DNA of 64,000 nucleotides from Oculina patagonica (Eukaryota): NCBI RefSeq assembly GCF_052425735.1, contig NC_135767.1, positions 5,456,001 to 5,520,000 of the forward strand, read 5' to 3'. Shown piece by piece: positions 63,224 to 64,000 of this stretch (position 1 is its first letter; each line of letters starts with the position of its first letter). The notes under the pieces were generated by a model. It saw only the letters and a program-made list of their open reading frames with translations, ran no database searches and was not told where the DNA came from. The position numbers and the translations under genes were made by a program.

Positions 63224-63855
63224 AGCCTCGATCAAACGGTCATGATAGTTGATGATAGTTCGCTGCTTTCAACTATCATTCACTATCATATTGACTATCA
63301 TGTTTGCGATCAAACGCTCCACGATAGTTGACGATAGTTTGTCGAAATCACGCAATGCGCTCGCGCATTTAATTTTTTCTTTTCTCGTTCTCAACTCCAC
63401 TATCACTCGGTGCAGAAATGTTTTCATGTTTTTTTTCCTTGTTTTAGATACTTTCACGCCATCTCTTGCTTCTGGCAGTGATATTTTCAGTGCTTTCTCG
63501 ACGCTGTTTTTACTCTTCTTCTTCCCACTCACGTTGTCGTTTTCAGCTTCATTATAGTCCAAATATTAATCTAAATTTCGGTTTTCTTCTTCACCGAACG
63601 GTTTGCGGCAGCCATAAATCTTGGATTGAGCCCGTCTTTGACTGAACCACTGACCGATAAACTATCATGCGCTATCATCCCCGCGATCAAACGGTAAAAA
63701 CTATCATCAACTATCATCTCGAATTTGAGCACGTCCAAACTGCGTGATAGTTGGTGATAGTTGATGATAGTGCATGATAGTTCGTGTTCAAACGCGCGTG
63801 ATAGTTGGAACTCTCATCAACTATCATCAACTATCATGACCGTTTGATCGGGGCT
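63224..63855. mobile_element. PIF/Harbinger-like non-autonomous element with aactatcatc subterminal repeats
   Basis: TIR agcctcgatcaaacggtcatgatagttgatgatagtt / aactatcatcaactatcatgaccgtttgatcggggct; TWA-type flanks. Confidence 0.8.
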
Positions 63856-64000
63856 TTATATGCATCAAGACTCTCTGATTTAATATGGCTTGATTCACTC
63901 CCAACAATTAAAACTGTTGTAATTGATCAGTGGTGTGTTCCAAGAAAAATATTTACCAAAATCATGCGGTGCATATAAACAAGGATTTTATGGTTAATTA

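Noticed and set aside
63249-63562. ORFs of 97-102 aa as a host gene
   Set aside because: They lie wholly inside a TIR element and run into its subterminal repeats; at most a remnant of a transposon accessory gene.

Overview
Eukaryotic, intron-rich, AT-rich animal DNA. The repeat families and gene content suggest an anthozoan, probably a stony coral (inference). Three protein-coding genes could be assembled by hand. (1) The 3' part of the meiotic helicase HFM1/MER3 lies on + (36 exons, 1-24845) and includes a minor-spliceosome AT-AC intron inside its C-terminal zinc finger. (2) A TBC1D30-like Rab-GAP lies on - (9 exons, 40196-27847), convergent with HFM1. (3) An unnamed 16-coding-exon gene lies on - (58916-44400); the ORF track shows only fragments of it. 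It encodes a ~446-aa secreted polyprotein: a signal peptide, then eight 8-cysteine modules of ~35-45 aa. Each module sits on its own phase-1 exon and is separated from the next by a short spacer exon carrying basic cleavage sites (KR/RR), Gly amidation signals and X-Pro dipeptides. Five modules are nearly identical in DNA although their introns have diverged. This toxin/defence-peptide-like precursor is the best candidate for an undescribed system. Introns and intergenic DNA contain a DIRS-type fragment, a Penelope-like element with a hammerhead-like motif, a 1.4-kb foldback, a 36-bp satellite, LINE tails, many MITEs (several nested, with TSDs) and one assembly gap. All coordinates were read by eye and may be off by a few bases.
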